A stretch of 64,000 bases of DNA from Longimicrobiales bacterium (GCA_963422615.1 OY730414.1:1844302-1908301), one strand, 5' to 3'. Positions 49,246 through 59,925 are shown, counted from the stretch's first letter. Notes: a model not told the origin generated them from the sequence alone. Program-made: numbers and translations.

Positions 49246-49664
49246 GTAGCCAGCTCCTCCTTGGCGGCCTCGTACCGACTGCCGCACTTCGTCAGAACCG
49301 TATGGGCGCGGAAAGTCCCATCGAGCCCGAGGCTCCCCTCAAGGACGACCTCCGCCTGGTCGTTGAAGGTGTCGGGCAGGACGTCTTCATAGCGAACCGA
49401 CAGGGTCACGTCGTCGTGTTCCAGATCCGCAACCCGGAACGCATGGGCGGACCGGTTCCCCCGCCCCCGCTCCCACGATCCCTCCACGACCCGTCCGCTG
49501 ACCTTTACACCCAGATTCCGAAAGGTGGGGTCGGCTTCGACCCGCTCCAGGAGCTCAACGGGCGTCAGGTAGTACACCATGCTGTCCCTGATTCCTGTCG
49601 CCATCAGGTACGCCACCACCACCGCAACCCCCACCAAGCCGACGAAGAATCGACCATTCTTCAT
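49242..49664 (-). CDS. ccmE: heme chaperone CcmE (CxxxY variant)
   Basis: N-terminal TM, YYLTP.E, LPDTF, VLTKCGSRY. Confidence 0.92.
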   Translation of the reverse strand: MKNGRFFVGLVGVAVVVAYLMATGIRDSMVYYLTPVELLERVEADPTFRNLGVKVSGRVVEGSWERGRGNRSAHAFRVADLEHDDVTLSVRYEDVLPDTFNDQAEVVLEGSLGLDGTFRAHTVLTKCGSRYEAAKEELAT

Positions 49665-49825
49665 AGCTGACGTGCTCCTCTCCATGCTATTGGACATGGC
49701 GTATGCTTACGGGACATCGCGCCCCCCCTCCCGGTCCGATTCATGGAAGTGCGACGCAGCGACCGGCAGGCCCCTGAATATACTCGACCAGAGGGCATGG
49801 GCGACAAGTCCGTCCCGCTCCAGGG

Positions 49826-51319
49826 TCATTCCTCCGGTTCGGCGGTGGCAAGGGTCCCTCGGACGGCCTTGTCCCATCCGGCGAGGAGGGCTGCCCGTTC
49901 CCGGGAGTCCAGGGTCGGAACGAACGTTCGTGCCGGTGCGAAGGCTCGACGAAAATCTTCCGGGGAACTCCAGACCCCGGTGTGAAGACCCGCCAAGCCA
50001 GCGGCCCCCAATGCCGTGGTCTCCACCATCGCCGAACGCCGGACTGGTACACCCAGCACGCCGGCCATGAACCCCATGAGCCAGTCGTTTCTCGCGACGC
50101 CTCCGTCAACCCTCAGCGCGTCCGCTCGAAGCCCGGCTTCCCGCTCCATGGCCTCCAAGACATCCCGGGTGCCGTACGCCATCGCTTCCAGGGCGGCTCG
50201 GGCCAGGTGGCTGGCCGTGGTCCCGCGAGTCAGCCCCGTGATCAACCCCCGGGCGCTGGGGCGCCAGTAAGGAGACCCCAGGCCCGCAAAGGCTGGCACC
50301 ATGTAAACTCCGTCGTTTCCGCCAAGCGAACTGGCCATCTCCTCGCTCCGAGACGCCTCGCTAAGGAGCGCCAAGCCGTCACGCAACCATTGGATGGCCG
50401 CACCGGCCGTAAGGATCGACCCCTCCAGAGCGTACGCGGGCCTCCCCCAAGCGTCGCAGGCCGCGGTGGTGAGCAACCCGCGGGAGGGCGGAGATCGCTT
50501 GGAACCCGTGTTGAAGAGCAGGAAGGCGCCGGTACCGTAGGTGCACTTCCCCGTTCCCGCGACCCAACATCCCTGGCCGTACAGCGCGGCCTGCTGGTCG
50601 CCGACGACACCGCCGATGGGAATCTCCACGCCCAGAATGTCGCCGTCCGCAAGTCCGAAGTCTCCCGAGCTGGGACGCACTTCCGGCAGGATCCGGCCGG
50701 GAACGCCCATCAGGTCCAGGAGCTCCCTGTTCCAGCCACCTTCGTCCAGGTCGAAGAGCAAGGTGCGGGAGGCATTGGTGGGATCCGTGGCGTGGACGGC
50801 TCCGCCCGTCAGGCGGGCGATCAGCCAGGCATCGATGGTCCCCGCTGCCAGCTCCCCCGACCGCGCCCGGGCGGCGAGGGCCGGATCGGATTCGAAGAGC
50901 CACCGGAGCTTGGTTCCCGAGAAGTAGGGGTCAAGGAGTAACCCGGTTCTTCGGCGAATCATGTCTTCGTGTCCTGCATCTCTCATCCCCCGGCACATGG
51001 AGGAGGTGCGCCGGTCCTGCCATACGATCGCCCGGTGCAGAGGCTCTAGCGTCTCCGGATCCCACACCACGACCGTTTCGCGCTGGTTCGCGATTCCCAC
51101 GCCCGCAACCTGGGTATCGGCAGCGGCCAAGGCGCGGCGAGCCACCCGCGCGGTCACCGTCCAGATCTCTTCCGGATCGTGCTCAACCCGACCAGGGGCC
51201 GGAAAGTACTGGGTGAACTCCGAGTAGGCCCTTCCAAGGACTTCCCCCTCCGCCGAGACGACAAGGGCCGCCGAACCGGTCGTGCCCTGGTCCAGCGCGA
51301 GAACCGCACGAGGCTTCAC
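49826..51319 (-). CDS. glpK: glycerol kinase
   Basis: DQGTT, NQRET, WQDRRT, DPYFS, GDQQAAL, KCTYGTG. Confidence 0.96.
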   Translation of the reverse strand: MKPRAVLALDQGTTGSAALVVSAEGEVLGRAYSEFTQYFPAPGRVEHDPEEIWTVTARVARRALAAADTQVAGVGIANQRETVVVWDPETLEPLHRAIVWQDRRTSSMCRGMRDAGHEDMIRRRTGLLLDPYFSGTKLRWLFESDPALAARARSGELAAGTIDAWLIARLTGGAVHATDPTNASRTLLFDLDEGGWNRELLDLMGVPGRILPEVRPSSGDFGLADGDILGVEIPIGGVVGDQQAALYGQGCWVAGTGKCTYGTGAFLLFNTGSKRSPPSRGLLTTAACDAWGRPAYALEGSILTAGAAIQWLRDGLALLSEASRSEEMASSLGGNDGVYMVPAFAGLGSPYWRPSARGLITGLTRGTTASHLARAALEAMAYGTRDVLEAMEREAGLRADALRVDGGVARNDWLMGFMAGVLGVPVRRSAMVETTALGAAGLAGLHTGVWSSPEDFRRAFAPARTFVPTLDSRERAALLAGWDKAVRGTLATAEPEE

Positions 51320-51930
51320 CGCCCGAGCCTCTTGATCCTCCCCGGGGCGTACTGAAGCCCCAGATCGGGGAGGAGGTCGAACAGCGTGAAGACGGAAAGA
51401 CCCACGACGGCGTAGTAGTCCCCCTCGATTCTCTCGACCAGGGCAGAACCGTACCCCATGATGCCGTAGGCGGCGGCCTTGTCCAGCGGCTCTCCGGATT
51501 CGACGTAGTCTTCGATCAGCGCCGGGGCCAGAGGTCGGAAGAGGACCCGGGCGGTGGCCACTCCGGACACGCACTCCCCTTCCCTGGCCAAGGCCAAGCC
51601 GGAAAAGACCTGGTGGACGTTGCCCGACAGGGCATTGAGCATTTCTGAAGCTTCGGTCTCGTCCCGCGGCTTCTCGAGCACGCGGCCCGCCATTACCGCC
51701 ACCGTATCTCCGCCGATGATCAGTGCGTCGGGGTGGCTCCGGGCGGGGAGCCGGACTTTCTCTCGGGCCAGCCGCTCCACATACCTGAAAGGCGGCTCCG
51801 TCGGGCGTCTCCGTTCCTCCATATCGGCGGGCAGGGTAACAAAGGAAATTCCCAGCATTCGCAGAACCCAGGCTCTCCTGGGAGAGGCAGACGCCAGAAC
51901 GACGCGCAAAGAAAAGTCACCGGAGGTCAA
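51316..51930 (-). CDS. Maf family nucleotide pyrophosphatase
   Basis: LASASPRR, GDT, KP, GEPLDKA.AY; start uncertain. Confidence 0.92.
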   Translation of the reverse strand: MTSGDFSLRVVLASASPRRAWVLRMLGISFVTLPADMEERRRPTEPPFRYVERLAREKVRLPARSHPDALIIGGDTVAVMAGRVLEKPRDETEASEMLNALSGNVHQVFSGLALAREGECVSGVATARVLFRPLAPALIEDYVESGEPLDKAAAYGIMGYGSALVERIEGDYYAVVGLSVFTLFDLLPDLGLQYAPGRIKRLGR

Positions 51931-51934
51931 GTTG

Positions 51935-52375
51935 CTAACGGTCTACGACCAGTGTCACCGGTCCATCGTTCACAAGAGCCAACTCCATGACAGCACCAAA
52001 GCGCCCGGTCCGAACCCGCCCGGGAAGGCGTTTTCCCAGCGCCTTGACGAAGGCGTCGTAGAGAGGCGCGGCGACCTCGGGCCGGGCCGCCCTTACGAAG
52101 GATGGCCTTCGCCCTTTACTCGCGTCCCCGTACAGTGTGAACTGGCTCACAACGAGGACTTCTCCCCCCGAATCAACGACCGAGCGGTTCATCCGGCCCT
52201 GGGTGTCAGAGAAGATCCGAAGGCTGGCCACCTTATCCGCCATCCATAGAACCGGCTTCCGGTCATCCGATTCCGAAAAAGCGGCGAGAACAACCAACCC
52301 GGGTCCGATCGCCCCCAGGACCTCTGCCCGGGATCGCACCGACGCCTCCGTAACCCGCTGGAGAACAATTCTCAC
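51935..52375 (-). CDS. dtd: D-aminoacyl-tRNA deacylase
   Basis: QRV, SQFTL, GRRPSF, NDGPVT. Confidence 0.97.
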   Translation of the reverse strand: MRIVLQRVTEASVRSRAEVLGAIGPGLVVLAAFSESDDRKPVLWMADKVASLRIFSDTQGRMNRSVVDSGGEVLVVSQFTLYGDASKGRRPSFVRAARPEVAAPLYDAFVKALGKRLPGRVRTGRFGAVMELALVNDGPVTLVVDR

Positions 52376-52418
52376 TCAACTTTCCCGGTATCCCGGTCCA
52401 CCGGGTGCACCCGCGCCT

Positions 52419-54257
52419 TCATTCTACCGTAACCGACTTTGCCAAGTTGCGCGGCTGATCCACGTCGCACCCTCGCAGAACCGCGATGTGATAGGCAAGA
52501 AGCTGAAGAGGGATAACCGCCAGCACGGGCATCAGCGGAGAGATCGTGTGGGGTATGAGAATGGTCTCGTCCAACCGGTCATTGATCTCGTGATTTTCGT
52601 CGCTGACCAAAGCGATTACGCGACCACCTCGAGCCTTGACTTCTTCAATGTTCGAAAGCGTCTTGGCAAATATGGGGTCCCGGGGCGCCGAAACCAATAC
52701 AGGCATGTTCTTGTCGATCAACGCAATGGGGCCGTGTTTCATTTCGGCAGCCGGATAGCCCTCTGCGTGAATGTAACTGATCTCCTTCAGTTTCAGGGCC
52801 CCTTCAAGGGCCACGGGAAACTGGTATCCTCGTCCCAGAAAGAGAAAGCTCGACGCGTCCCGATAGCGATTCGCCAATTCCTTGATCTGATCATTCAGCT
52901 TCAGCACTTCCCGAACCTTATCGGGCAATTGACGGAGATGTCGCACCAGCTTATGCCCCTGGATAAACGACATGCTCCGTCGCCGCGCCAAATACAACGT
53001 GAAAAGGGCAAGAGCAGCGACCTGGCTCGTGAAGGCCTTGGTCGACGCTACGCCGATCTCCGGACCGGCGTGCAGATAGATCCCCACATCCGTCTCGGCG
53101 GTGATGCTCGACCCCACCGTGTTCGTGATGCCCATCGTGCGGCATCCTCGAAGCCTTGCCTCCCGGAGAGCAGCCAGGGTGTCGGCCGTCTCTCCGGACT
53201 GGCTGATCCCCATCACCAAGGTGTTCAAGGGCAAGACGGGACTCCGGTACCGAAATTCGGATGCATATTCCACCGTGACCTGGACGCGGGCCAACTCCTC
53301 CAGCATGCGAGCACCAATCAGTCCCGCGTGCCAGCTCGTGCCGCAGGCCACGATGACGATTCGGTCTATGGCCAGACGCTCCCCTTCGGGATTGGCAAAA
53401 CCTCCCAGCCTGGAGGTGCCCTTCTCTTCCACCAGCCGACCTCGCAAGACATTCAATAAAGAGGTCGGTTGTTCCTGAATCTCCTTGTACATGAAATGGT
53501 CGTGACCGTTCTTGCTAATCTCTTCCACATCCCAGGAAACGACCTCAAGTTTTTGCCTGGTTACGCGACGGGCCGGATCGAAGGTTCGATAGCCTCCCGG
53601 CTCAAAGACGGCGGAATCTCCGTCTCGCAGACGAACTACCTCCCGCGTGTGCGGGACAATGGCGGCCATGTCCGATGCCACAAAGTATTCATGGTTCTGA
53701 CCGATGCCCAGTAGAATCGGACTCCCGTTTCGGGCCACCACGATTTTGTTCGGATCCCGGGAGCTCACTACCGCGACCCCGTACGTTCCCTCGATCTGGG
53801 AAAGGGCAACGGCCAAAGCATCTTCCAAGAGCTCGGTTTCCCGAAACGCCAAGTCGATGAGGTGTACAAGAACCTCCGTGTCGGTTTCGCTTCGGAATTC
53901 ATACCCCAGTTTTCGCAATTTCGCCTTTTGCACGGAAGCATTTTCGATGATTCCGTTGTGGACCAAGGCGATGTCGCGGGATGCCGAAAAATGGGGATGG
54001 GCGTTGACTTTGTTGGGTGCCCCGTGCGTGGCCCAGCGGGTATGGGCGATCCCGCAGGTCCCGACGGGCATCCGACCGTTGAGGCCCTCTTCAAGCTTGC
54101 CAATCTTTCCCGAACGCTTTTTCGTAACCAGCTCGTTGTCGGGCGTCAGGACCGTGAGGCCCGCCGAATCGTAGCCCCTGTATTCCAGACGCTTCAGCCC
54201 CTCGATGAGGAGCGGACCTGCCTCCCGGTGTCCCAGGTACCCGATGATTCCGCACAT
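52419..54257 (-). CDS. glmS: glutamine--fructose-6-phosphate transaminase
   Basis: MCGI, HTRWATHG, SQSGETADT, PRNLAKSVTVE. Confidence 0.98.
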   Translation of the reverse strand: MCGIIGYLGHREAGPLLIEGLKRLEYRGYDSAGLTVLTPDNELVTKKRSGKIGKLEEGLNGRMPVGTCGIAHTRWATHGAPNKVNAHPHFSASRDIALVHNGIIENASVQKAKLRKLGYEFRSETDTEVLVHLIDLAFRETELLEDALAVALSQIEGTYGVAVVSSRDPNKIVVARNGSPILLGIGQNHEYFVASDMAAIVPHTREVVRLRDGDSAVFEPGGYRTFDPARRVTRQKLEVVSWDVEEISKNGHDHFMYKEIQEQPTSLLNVLRGRLVEEKGTSRLGGFANPEGERLAIDRIVIVACGTSWHAGLIGARMLEELARVQVTVEYASEFRYRSPVLPLNTLVMGISQSGETADTLAALREARLRGCRTMGITNTVGSSITAETDVGIYLHAGPEIGVASTKAFTSQVAALALFTLYLARRRSMSFIQGHKLVRHLRQLPDKVREVLKLNDQIKELANRYRDASSFLFLGRGYQFPVALEGALKLKEISYIHAEGYPAAEMKHGPIALIDKNMPVLVSAPRDPIFAKTLSNIEEVKARGGRVIALVSDENHEINDRLDETILIPHTISPLMPVLAVIPLQLLAYHIAVLRGCDVDQPRNLAKSVTVE

Positions 54258-54343
54258 TTGCCGCGTTTACCGATTTTGTTTTCTAGGGGGACCAACAGAA
54301 GGCGCACGGTCCCAAAACCGGGACGCACGGAAGCAGTGTAAGC

Positions 54344-55741
54344 TCAAGATGAAACAGTGTTCCTGTCAATAGCTCGGCGGGCCAGGTGCACCAGCCCGCG
54401 GGCCGCCGACAACTCGGGAGCTTCGGCAATCAAGCGCACAACCGGCTCCGTTCCCGAAGGCCTGACGTGAAGCCAGCTTCGCTTCTGCGGCCATTCGAGC
54501 CGGAGGCCGTCGGTGTCGTCTCGCACCCCGGTCGGCAGCTTCCGGACCAGGGCCGCGTAAACGGCCGAGAGGGACGCACGGGAGAGGGACATCTTTTCCT
54601 TGACGATTCGGTAGGAAGGAATCCCCTTCACGCGCGTTGACAGTGGCGTGTCGGGGTCATCCACCAGGTACTGGAGCAGGAGCGCCGTCCCGGCAGACGC
54701 GTCCCGGGTATAGTGCAGGGCCGGTACCAAGACGCCACCATTCCCCTCCCCGCCCACCGCCGCGCCTTCCCGGATCATGCGGGAAGCTACGTTGACTTCC
54801 CCAACCGGGGTTCGGACGACCCGGCACCCGTAATCCGCCGCCACATCCTCCACGACCCGGCTCGTGGACAGGTTCGTCACCACCGTCCCCGGCAGACGCT
54901 GCAGCACCACCTCGGTTGCAAGCGCGAGGGTGAGATCCTCACCCAGGGGAGATCCCTTCTCGTCAACCAGCGCCAATCGATCGACATCCGGATCCACGGC
55001 GAAGCCGATCCGAGCCCCCGATTCGACGACCAGCCGGCCCAGATCTGCCAAGTTGTCGGCCGTCGGCTCGGGATTTCGTTTGAACCTGCCGTCGGGCGTC
55101 GTACCGATCGCGCAGACTTCACATCCGAAGCGGGCCAAGAGGTCCGGCATGATGACACCTCCCGCTCCATTCACGCAGTCCAGCGCAACCCGGATCCTTT
55201 GGCGCCGAATCCCTTCCACATCCAGGAACGGCAGGGCCAGAATGCGCTCCACGTGCCGCGCCACCGCTCCGGCGTCCCGGTCCGGCTTTCGCAGCCGGTC
55301 CCAAGGCACACGATCCGGGTCCCGGTCTCCCAAGAACGCCAGGAAGCGGCTCATCCGCTCCGGCGGGAGAAAGGTCCCCGCGCCGGTGGCGAACTTGAGA
55401 GCATTCCAGTCCGCGGGATTGTGACTGGCCGTCACCACGATCCCCCCGGCAGCTCCGGCATCCGAGACGGCCATCAAGACAGTGGGTGTTGGGACGACGC
55501 CCAGCTCCGTGACCCGGCAGCCGACCGAAAGCAAGCCCGCCACGACGGCTCGCTGAAGCATCGGCCCCGAGGTTCGTGAGTCTCGTCCTACCAGGATCCG
55601 CTCACCGTCCCCCTCCTCCCGGAGGAAGGTTCCGTACGCCGCTCCCAGTCCGGCAACCAGCTCCGGCGTGAGCAAGTCCCCGCCCTTGCCGCGAAAACCG
55701 GAGACGCTCGTCATGAGTTCGGCGGGGAGCTGAACGGGCAT
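54344..55741 (-). CDS. glmM: phosphoglucosamine mutase / phosphohexomutase
   Basis: TASHNP, DPDVDR, GGEGNGG, RPSGTEP; adjacent to glmS. Confidence 0.85.
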   Translation of the reverse strand: MPVQLPAELMTSVSGFRGKGGDLLTPELVAGLGAAYGTFLREEGDGERILVGRDSRTSGPMLQRAVVAGLLSVGCRVTELGVVPTPTVLMAVSDAGAAGGIVVTASHNPADWNALKFATGAGTFLPPERMSRFLAFLGDRDPDRVPWDRLRKPDRDAGAVARHVERILALPFLDVEGIRRQRIRVALDCVNGAGGVIMPDLLARFGCEVCAIGTTPDGRFKRNPEPTADNLADLGRLVVESGARIGFAVDPDVDRLALVDEKGSPLGEDLTLALATEVVLQRLPGTVVTNLSTSRVVEDVAADYGCRVVRTPVGEVNVASRMIREGAAVGGEGNGGVLVPALHYTRDASAGTALLLQYLVDDPDTPLSTRVKGIPSYRIVKEKMSLSRASLSAVYAALVRKLPTGVRDDTDGLRLEWPQKRSWLHVRPSGTEPVVRLIAEAPELSAARGLVHLARRAIDRNTVSS

Positions 55742-55904
55742 GGCGCATGATCCAAACGAGAGGGGCGGGAACCCGGAACCGACAGCGGGAAACTACACAG
55801 GTAGGGTCAGGGATCAACCGGACGGGTCGGGTTCATGAATCAACCGACCCCCCGTTCTCTCGCAATACGGCGGGCGCTGGGCTAGCTTTGCGCGGGTTCG
55901 GGCA

Positions 55905-55930
55905 CCGGACCTGCCGGACCTGCCGGACCG
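55905..55930 (+). repeat. 9-bp tandem repeat, about 3 copies
   Basis: CCGGACCTG CCGGACCTG CCGGACCG. Confidence 0.85.
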
Positions 55931-55972
55931 CTGGCCTGAAGGCCGACGCCAACCCCTGCTTGAGAGGGTCAC

Positions 55973-57115
55973 GTGACACCTATCCGCTTCGAGACCCGCT
56001 GCGTCCACGCCGGCCAGGGCCCCGAGCCGGTTACGGGAGCGATCGCGACCCCGGTCTTCCAGACCTCAACGTATGTCCAGGCGGGGTTGGGGCAGCACAC
56101 GGGCTATGAGTACGCCCGCCTTCAGAACCCGACCCGGGAGGCATCGGAGGCCAACATCGCGGCCCTGGAAAACGGTCGATTCGGCATTGCCTTTTCCAGC
56201 GGCCTTGCCGCCCTCGAATGCCTGGTAAAGACCGCGGCGGCGGGGGGCCATGTGGTCAGCGAAGAAAACACCTACGGCGGTACGACTCGGATGTTCGTCC
56301 ACGTGCTGACTCACCTGGGAATCGACGTCACGCTGGTGGACTGTCGCGACCTGGACGCGGTGCAGGAAGCAACGCGATCCGAAACGAAGCTCATCCTGGT
56401 GGAAACGCCGTCGAATCCCCTCATGCGCATCACGGACATCTCCGCTGTCGCCAACATTGCCCGGCGCACCGGCGCGTTCCTATGCGTGGACAACACCTTC
56501 GCTTCGCCCTACAACCAGAACCCACTGGATCTAGGCGCCGACGTCGTCCTACACTCCACGACCAAGTATCTGAACGGCCATTCCGACGTGCTGGGGGGCA
56601 TCCTCGTCCTCAACGACGAAGCCCTTGCCGAAGACATCACCTTCGTGCGCAAGTCCACGGGGCCCATCCCCGGGCCCATGGATTCCTGGCTGATCCTTCG
56701 GGGCACCAAGACCCATCACGTTCGCATGGAGCGTCACAACGAGAACGGTCGTCGGATCGCCGAATTCCTGGAAACCCTGCCCTGCGTCCGAGCCGTATAC
56801 TACCCTGGGCTTCCCTCGCATCCCCAGCATGAGCTGGCCAAGCGTCAAATGAAAGGATTCTCGGCCATGGTGTCTGCGGAATTGAGCCAAGGAAATGCCA
56901 AGCAACTCGTGGAGCGCACCCGGATCTTTCGCTTGGCCGAAAGCCTGGGCGGTGTGGAGTCCATGATCAGCGTGCCCGCCATAATGACCCACGCGGCCGT
57001 TCCCCGTGAGCAGCGGCGCAGAATGGGCATCACCGACGGTCTGGTGCGCTTCTCCGTCGGCATTGAACACGGAGATGATTTGGTAGAAGATCTGACCCGA
57101 GCTCTGCGTATCTGA
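55973..57115 (+). CDS. cystathionine gamma-lyase/synthase (Cys/Met metabolism PLP enzyme)
   Basis: YAR..NPT, ETPSNP, DNTF, HSTTKYLNGHSD, AESLGGVES. Confidence 0.93.
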   Translation: MTPIRFETRCVHAGQGPEPVTGAIATPVFQTSTYVQAGLGQHTGYEYARLQNPTREASEANIAALENGRFGIAFSSGLAALECLVKTAAAGGHVVSEENTYGGTTRMFVHVLTHLGIDVTLVDCRDLDAVQEATRSETKLILVETPSNPLMRITDISAVANIARRTGAFLCVDNTFASPYNQNPLDLGADVVLHSTTKYLNGHSDVLGGILVLNDEALAEDITFVRKSTGPIPGPMDSWLILRGTKTHHVRMERHNENGRRIAEFLETLPCVRAVYYPGLPSHPQHELAKRQMKGFSAMVSAELSQGNAKQLVERTRIFRLAESLGGVESMISVPAIMTHAAVPREQRRRMGITDGLVRFSVGIEHGDDLVEDLTRALRI

Positions 57116-57224
57116 GCGTTCAGGACACTAGAGAACGGGAGCGATACGGCAACGTTGTCGCAGGTGATGGCGGCCGAACCGTCCCCCACCGTCCCCCTCA
57201 AGCGCAAATAAGGGAAGAACGACC

Positions 57225-58235
57225 ATGGCGGCAAATCACTTCGATGACACCCAGAGTCGCAGGACCCGTGACTACGCCCGAAGCCGTCGCATTCTGACGG
57301 ATATTTCGTCCCGAGCCTGGGAGCACAGCGCCGACAGGGCGGCGTTGGCGGCGCTGCGAAAGCTCCCCCTGTTCGATCGGGTTCTCCGGTCTCTCTTCGG
57401 CTTCTTCGGCGAAAAGCCCATCCGCTTGGCGTTCCAGGCCAACGCGGTGGAGGTGGGCCCCAACCAGTTCCCCCGGATCTGGGAGCTGTACGGGGAGGTC
57501 CTCCATACCCTGGACGCCCCGGAGCGCTACCCCCTCTTCGTCTCCCAGAACCCCATCGTCAATGCCGGCGCCTACGGAATGGCCGAGCCGTTCATCATCC
57601 TCAATTCAGGCACGATACGGCTCCTGGACGACCAACAAGTGTCCTACGTTATGGGCCATGAAGTGGGCCACATCATGAGCGACCATGTCCTTTACCGAAC
57701 CATGACGGTCTTGCTCATCGCCCTGGCGAGGATGGGATTTCCCATCGTGGGCCTGGCGGCCCGCGCGATCCTGGTCGGACTCCTGGAATGGTCCCGCAAG
57801 AGCGAGCTTTCCGCCGACCGCGCCGGACTGCTGGCCATCCAGAACCCGAATGACGTCATGGAGACGATGCTGAGAATGGCGGGCGGCGGGAACGAGAACG
57901 AGACCTCTCTCCCCGACTTCATTCACCAAGCCGAGGCGTACCGGGAATCGGGTGACTTGGCGGACCAAGTCTTCAAGGTCCTGAACTTGATTGCCCAGAG
58001 CCATCCCTTCTGGGTGCTCCGCCTTTCCGAACTGCGCGGCTGGATCGAAGACGGCTCCTACGACCGGGTCGTTCGGGGCGAGTACCCCAGGCGCGGGGAG
58101 CCCGACCCGGCATACGGACAGGACCTGGCGGACGCCGCCGCCGCGTACAAGACGGGGGCGAAGGATTTCCTGGACCAGATGTCCGGGGCTGCCAAGCGGG
58201 TGGGAGAGAGCTTCATGGAGTCCTTCAGGAAGTGA
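57225..58235 (+). CDS. M48 family metallopeptidase
   Basis: NA, HEVGH, ELSADRAG, SHP..R. Confidence 0.9.
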   Translation: MAANHFDDTQSRRTRDYARSRRILTDISSRAWEHSADRAALAALRKLPLFDRVLRSLFGFFGEKPIRLAFQANAVEVGPNQFPRIWELYGEVLHTLDAPERYPLFVSQNPIVNAGAYGMAEPFIILNSGTIRLLDDQQVSYVMGHEVGHIMSDHVLYRTMTVLLIALARMGFPIVGLAARAILVGLLEWSRKSELSADRAGLLAIQNPNDVMETMLRMAGGGNENETSLPDFIHQAEAYRESGDLADQVFKVLNLIAQSHPFWVLRLSELRGWIEDGSYDRVVRGEYPRRGEPDPAYGQDLADAAAAYKTGAKDFLDQMSGAAKRVGESFMESFRK

Positions 58236-59752
58236 CCCCGTCCATGCGCATCCTGGTCGTTGGCAACGGCGGGCGAGAACATGCCCTCCTGTGGAAGCTG
58301 CGGAAGGACGCCCCGGGCGCTTCCTTCTTCGCAACCCGCCCCAACGGCGGGATGAGACGCCTCTGCGCCGGCGTGGATATCTCCCCGGTCGAGGTAGAAC
58401 CCCTTGCGGGGTGGGCGTCAAGAAACCAGATCGACTTGGCCGTCATCGGGCCCGAGGCTCCGTTGGCCGCAGGTCTGGCCGACAGCATGGCACGCCGCGG
58501 CGTGCCCGTATTCGGACCGTCGGCCGGGGCGGCCCGAATCGAGGCCAGCAAGGCGTTCGCGAAGAACCTGATGGCGGGAGCCGGGGTCCCCACCGCCGAC
58601 TACGAAGTCCATTCGGATGCGGGGGAGGCGGCAGCTCACATCCGCTCCCGGGGTGCGCCCGTGGTCGTCAAGGCGTCGGGGTTGGCCGCTGGAAAGGGGG
58701 CCTTCGTGTGCGACACGGTCCCCCAAGCCCTGGAGGCCGTCAGACGCGTCTTTTCCGGAGCCTTCGGAAGCGCCGGGAAACGGGTGGTGGTGGAAGAGTA
58801 CCTCGAAGGAGAGGAGCTCTCCCTCTTCTACCTGACAGATGGGGAAGACTTCGTACCCTTGCTCCCCGCCCAGGATCACAAGCGGATCGGAGAAGGAGAC
58901 ACGGGTCCGAACACGGGAGGGATGGGAGCCTATGCACCCGTGAGCTTCGTCACGGCGGCCCTCATCTCGGGCGTGAGCGAGAAGATCGTGTTGCCTGTGC
59001 TTCGGGCCTTGGCCGATGGGGGAACGCCCTTCCGGGGGATTCTGTACGCGGGGCTCATGATCACCCCCGGGGGTCCGAAGGTGGTGGAGTTCAACTGTAG
59101 GTTCGGCGACCCGGAAGCCCAGGCAGTGCTTCCCCTGCTCTCCTCGTCCCTTCTGGAACCCATGATCGCGATTGCCGAAGGGACGGGCTTGAAAGACTAC
59201 GCCCCGGTCTTCCGAAAGGGAGCGGCTGTGACGACCGTTCTGGCCGCCCCCGGCTACCCCGGTTCCTACCCGAAGGGGGTCGAAATCTCGATCCCTCCCC
59301 TTGCGGAAGGGACCTTCGTTTTTCACGCGGGTACTTCCCTGAACCGTTCGGGTCGGTTGGTCACAACCGGTGGCAGGGTTTTGGCCGTGACGGCGGTGGA
59401 CCCGGATTTCCATCGGGCCTGCGCATCCAGCCGGACGGCAGCCCAGGCCATCCAGTTCCAAGGAAAGCAGTTTCGGAAGGACATCGGATGGCGGGAAACC
59501 GAACGAAAACGCTGGCACCGGGGGGCCGGCAAATCCCGGGCCGAAACGACGGGACGGGAAGCGACACCCATCGCAACCAACAGGAACACAAGGAGGGATT
59601 CTTGGTCATCACCACAACACCTACGCTCCAAGACCGAAGGTCCGGGATTACCTGGGGATCGTGACGGGGGAGGCGATCATCGGAGCCAATATCATCAAGG
59701 ATTTTCTGGCCGGAATCAGAGACATCGTCGGCGGGCGCTCGGGCGCGTATGA
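58232..59752 (+). CDS. purD: phosphoribosylamine--glycine ligase with run-on C-terminus
   Basis: [41 protein letters not shown]; recognisable homology ends near 59490. Confidence 0.93.
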   Translation: MTPSMRILVVGNGGREHALLWKLRKDAPGASFFATRPNGGMRRLCAGVDISPVEVEPLAGWASRNQIDLAVIGPEAPLAAGLADSMARRGVPVFGPSAGAARIEASKAFAKNLMAGAGVPTADYEVHSDAGEAAAHIRSRGAPVVVKASGLAAGKGAFVCDTVPQALEAVRRVFSGAFGSAGKRVVVEEYLEGEELSLFYLTDGEDFVPLLPAQDHKRIGEGDTGPNTGGMGAYAPVSFVTAALISGVSEKIVLPVLRALADGGTPFRGILYAGLMITPGGPKVVEFNCRFGDPEAQAVLPLLSSSLLEPMIAIAEGTGLKDYAPVFRKGAAVTTVLAAPGYPGSYPKGVEISIPPLAEGTFVFHAGTSLNRSGRLVTTGGRVLAVTAVDPDFHRACASSRTAAQAIQFQGKQFRKDIGWRETERKRWHRGAGKSRAETTGREATPIATNRNTRRDSWSSPQHLRSKTEGPGLPGDRDGGGDHRSQYHQGFSGRNQRHRRRALGRV

Positions 59753-59921
59753 AAAGGCGCTCCGGACGGCTCGGGAAGAGGCCCTGCGGGACATGGCCAC
59801 AGAGGCGCGCGGCCGGGGCGCCGACGCCATTATCGGGGTAGACCTGGATTACGAAGTCATCGGGTCTGGAAACGGGATGCTCATGGTATCGGCCAGCGGG
59901 ACCGCGGTAGCCCTGGAGTAG
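59602..59921 (+). pseudogene. YbjQ (UPF0145) family gene with a 1-nt frameshift, or a sequence error
   Basis: AGGAGG SD, TTG GTC ATC ACC ACA ACA CCT (VITTTP) in one frame; [17 protein letters not shown]...GGRSGAYE in another. Confidence 0.8.
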
Positions 59922-59925
59922 CCCG

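Noticed and set aside
47200..49392. 730-aa plus-strand ORF
   Set aside because: Antisense shadow of ccmF/ccmE
54258..54343. glmS ribozyme
   Set aside because: Gap is only 86 nt and lacks the conserved AGCGCC/GACGAGG core
55742..55972. SAM riboswitch upstream of the Cys/Met enzyme
   Set aside because: No SAM-I (ATC.AGAG...GAT) or other recognisable consensus; only a simple GGGTCGG/CCGACCC hairpin
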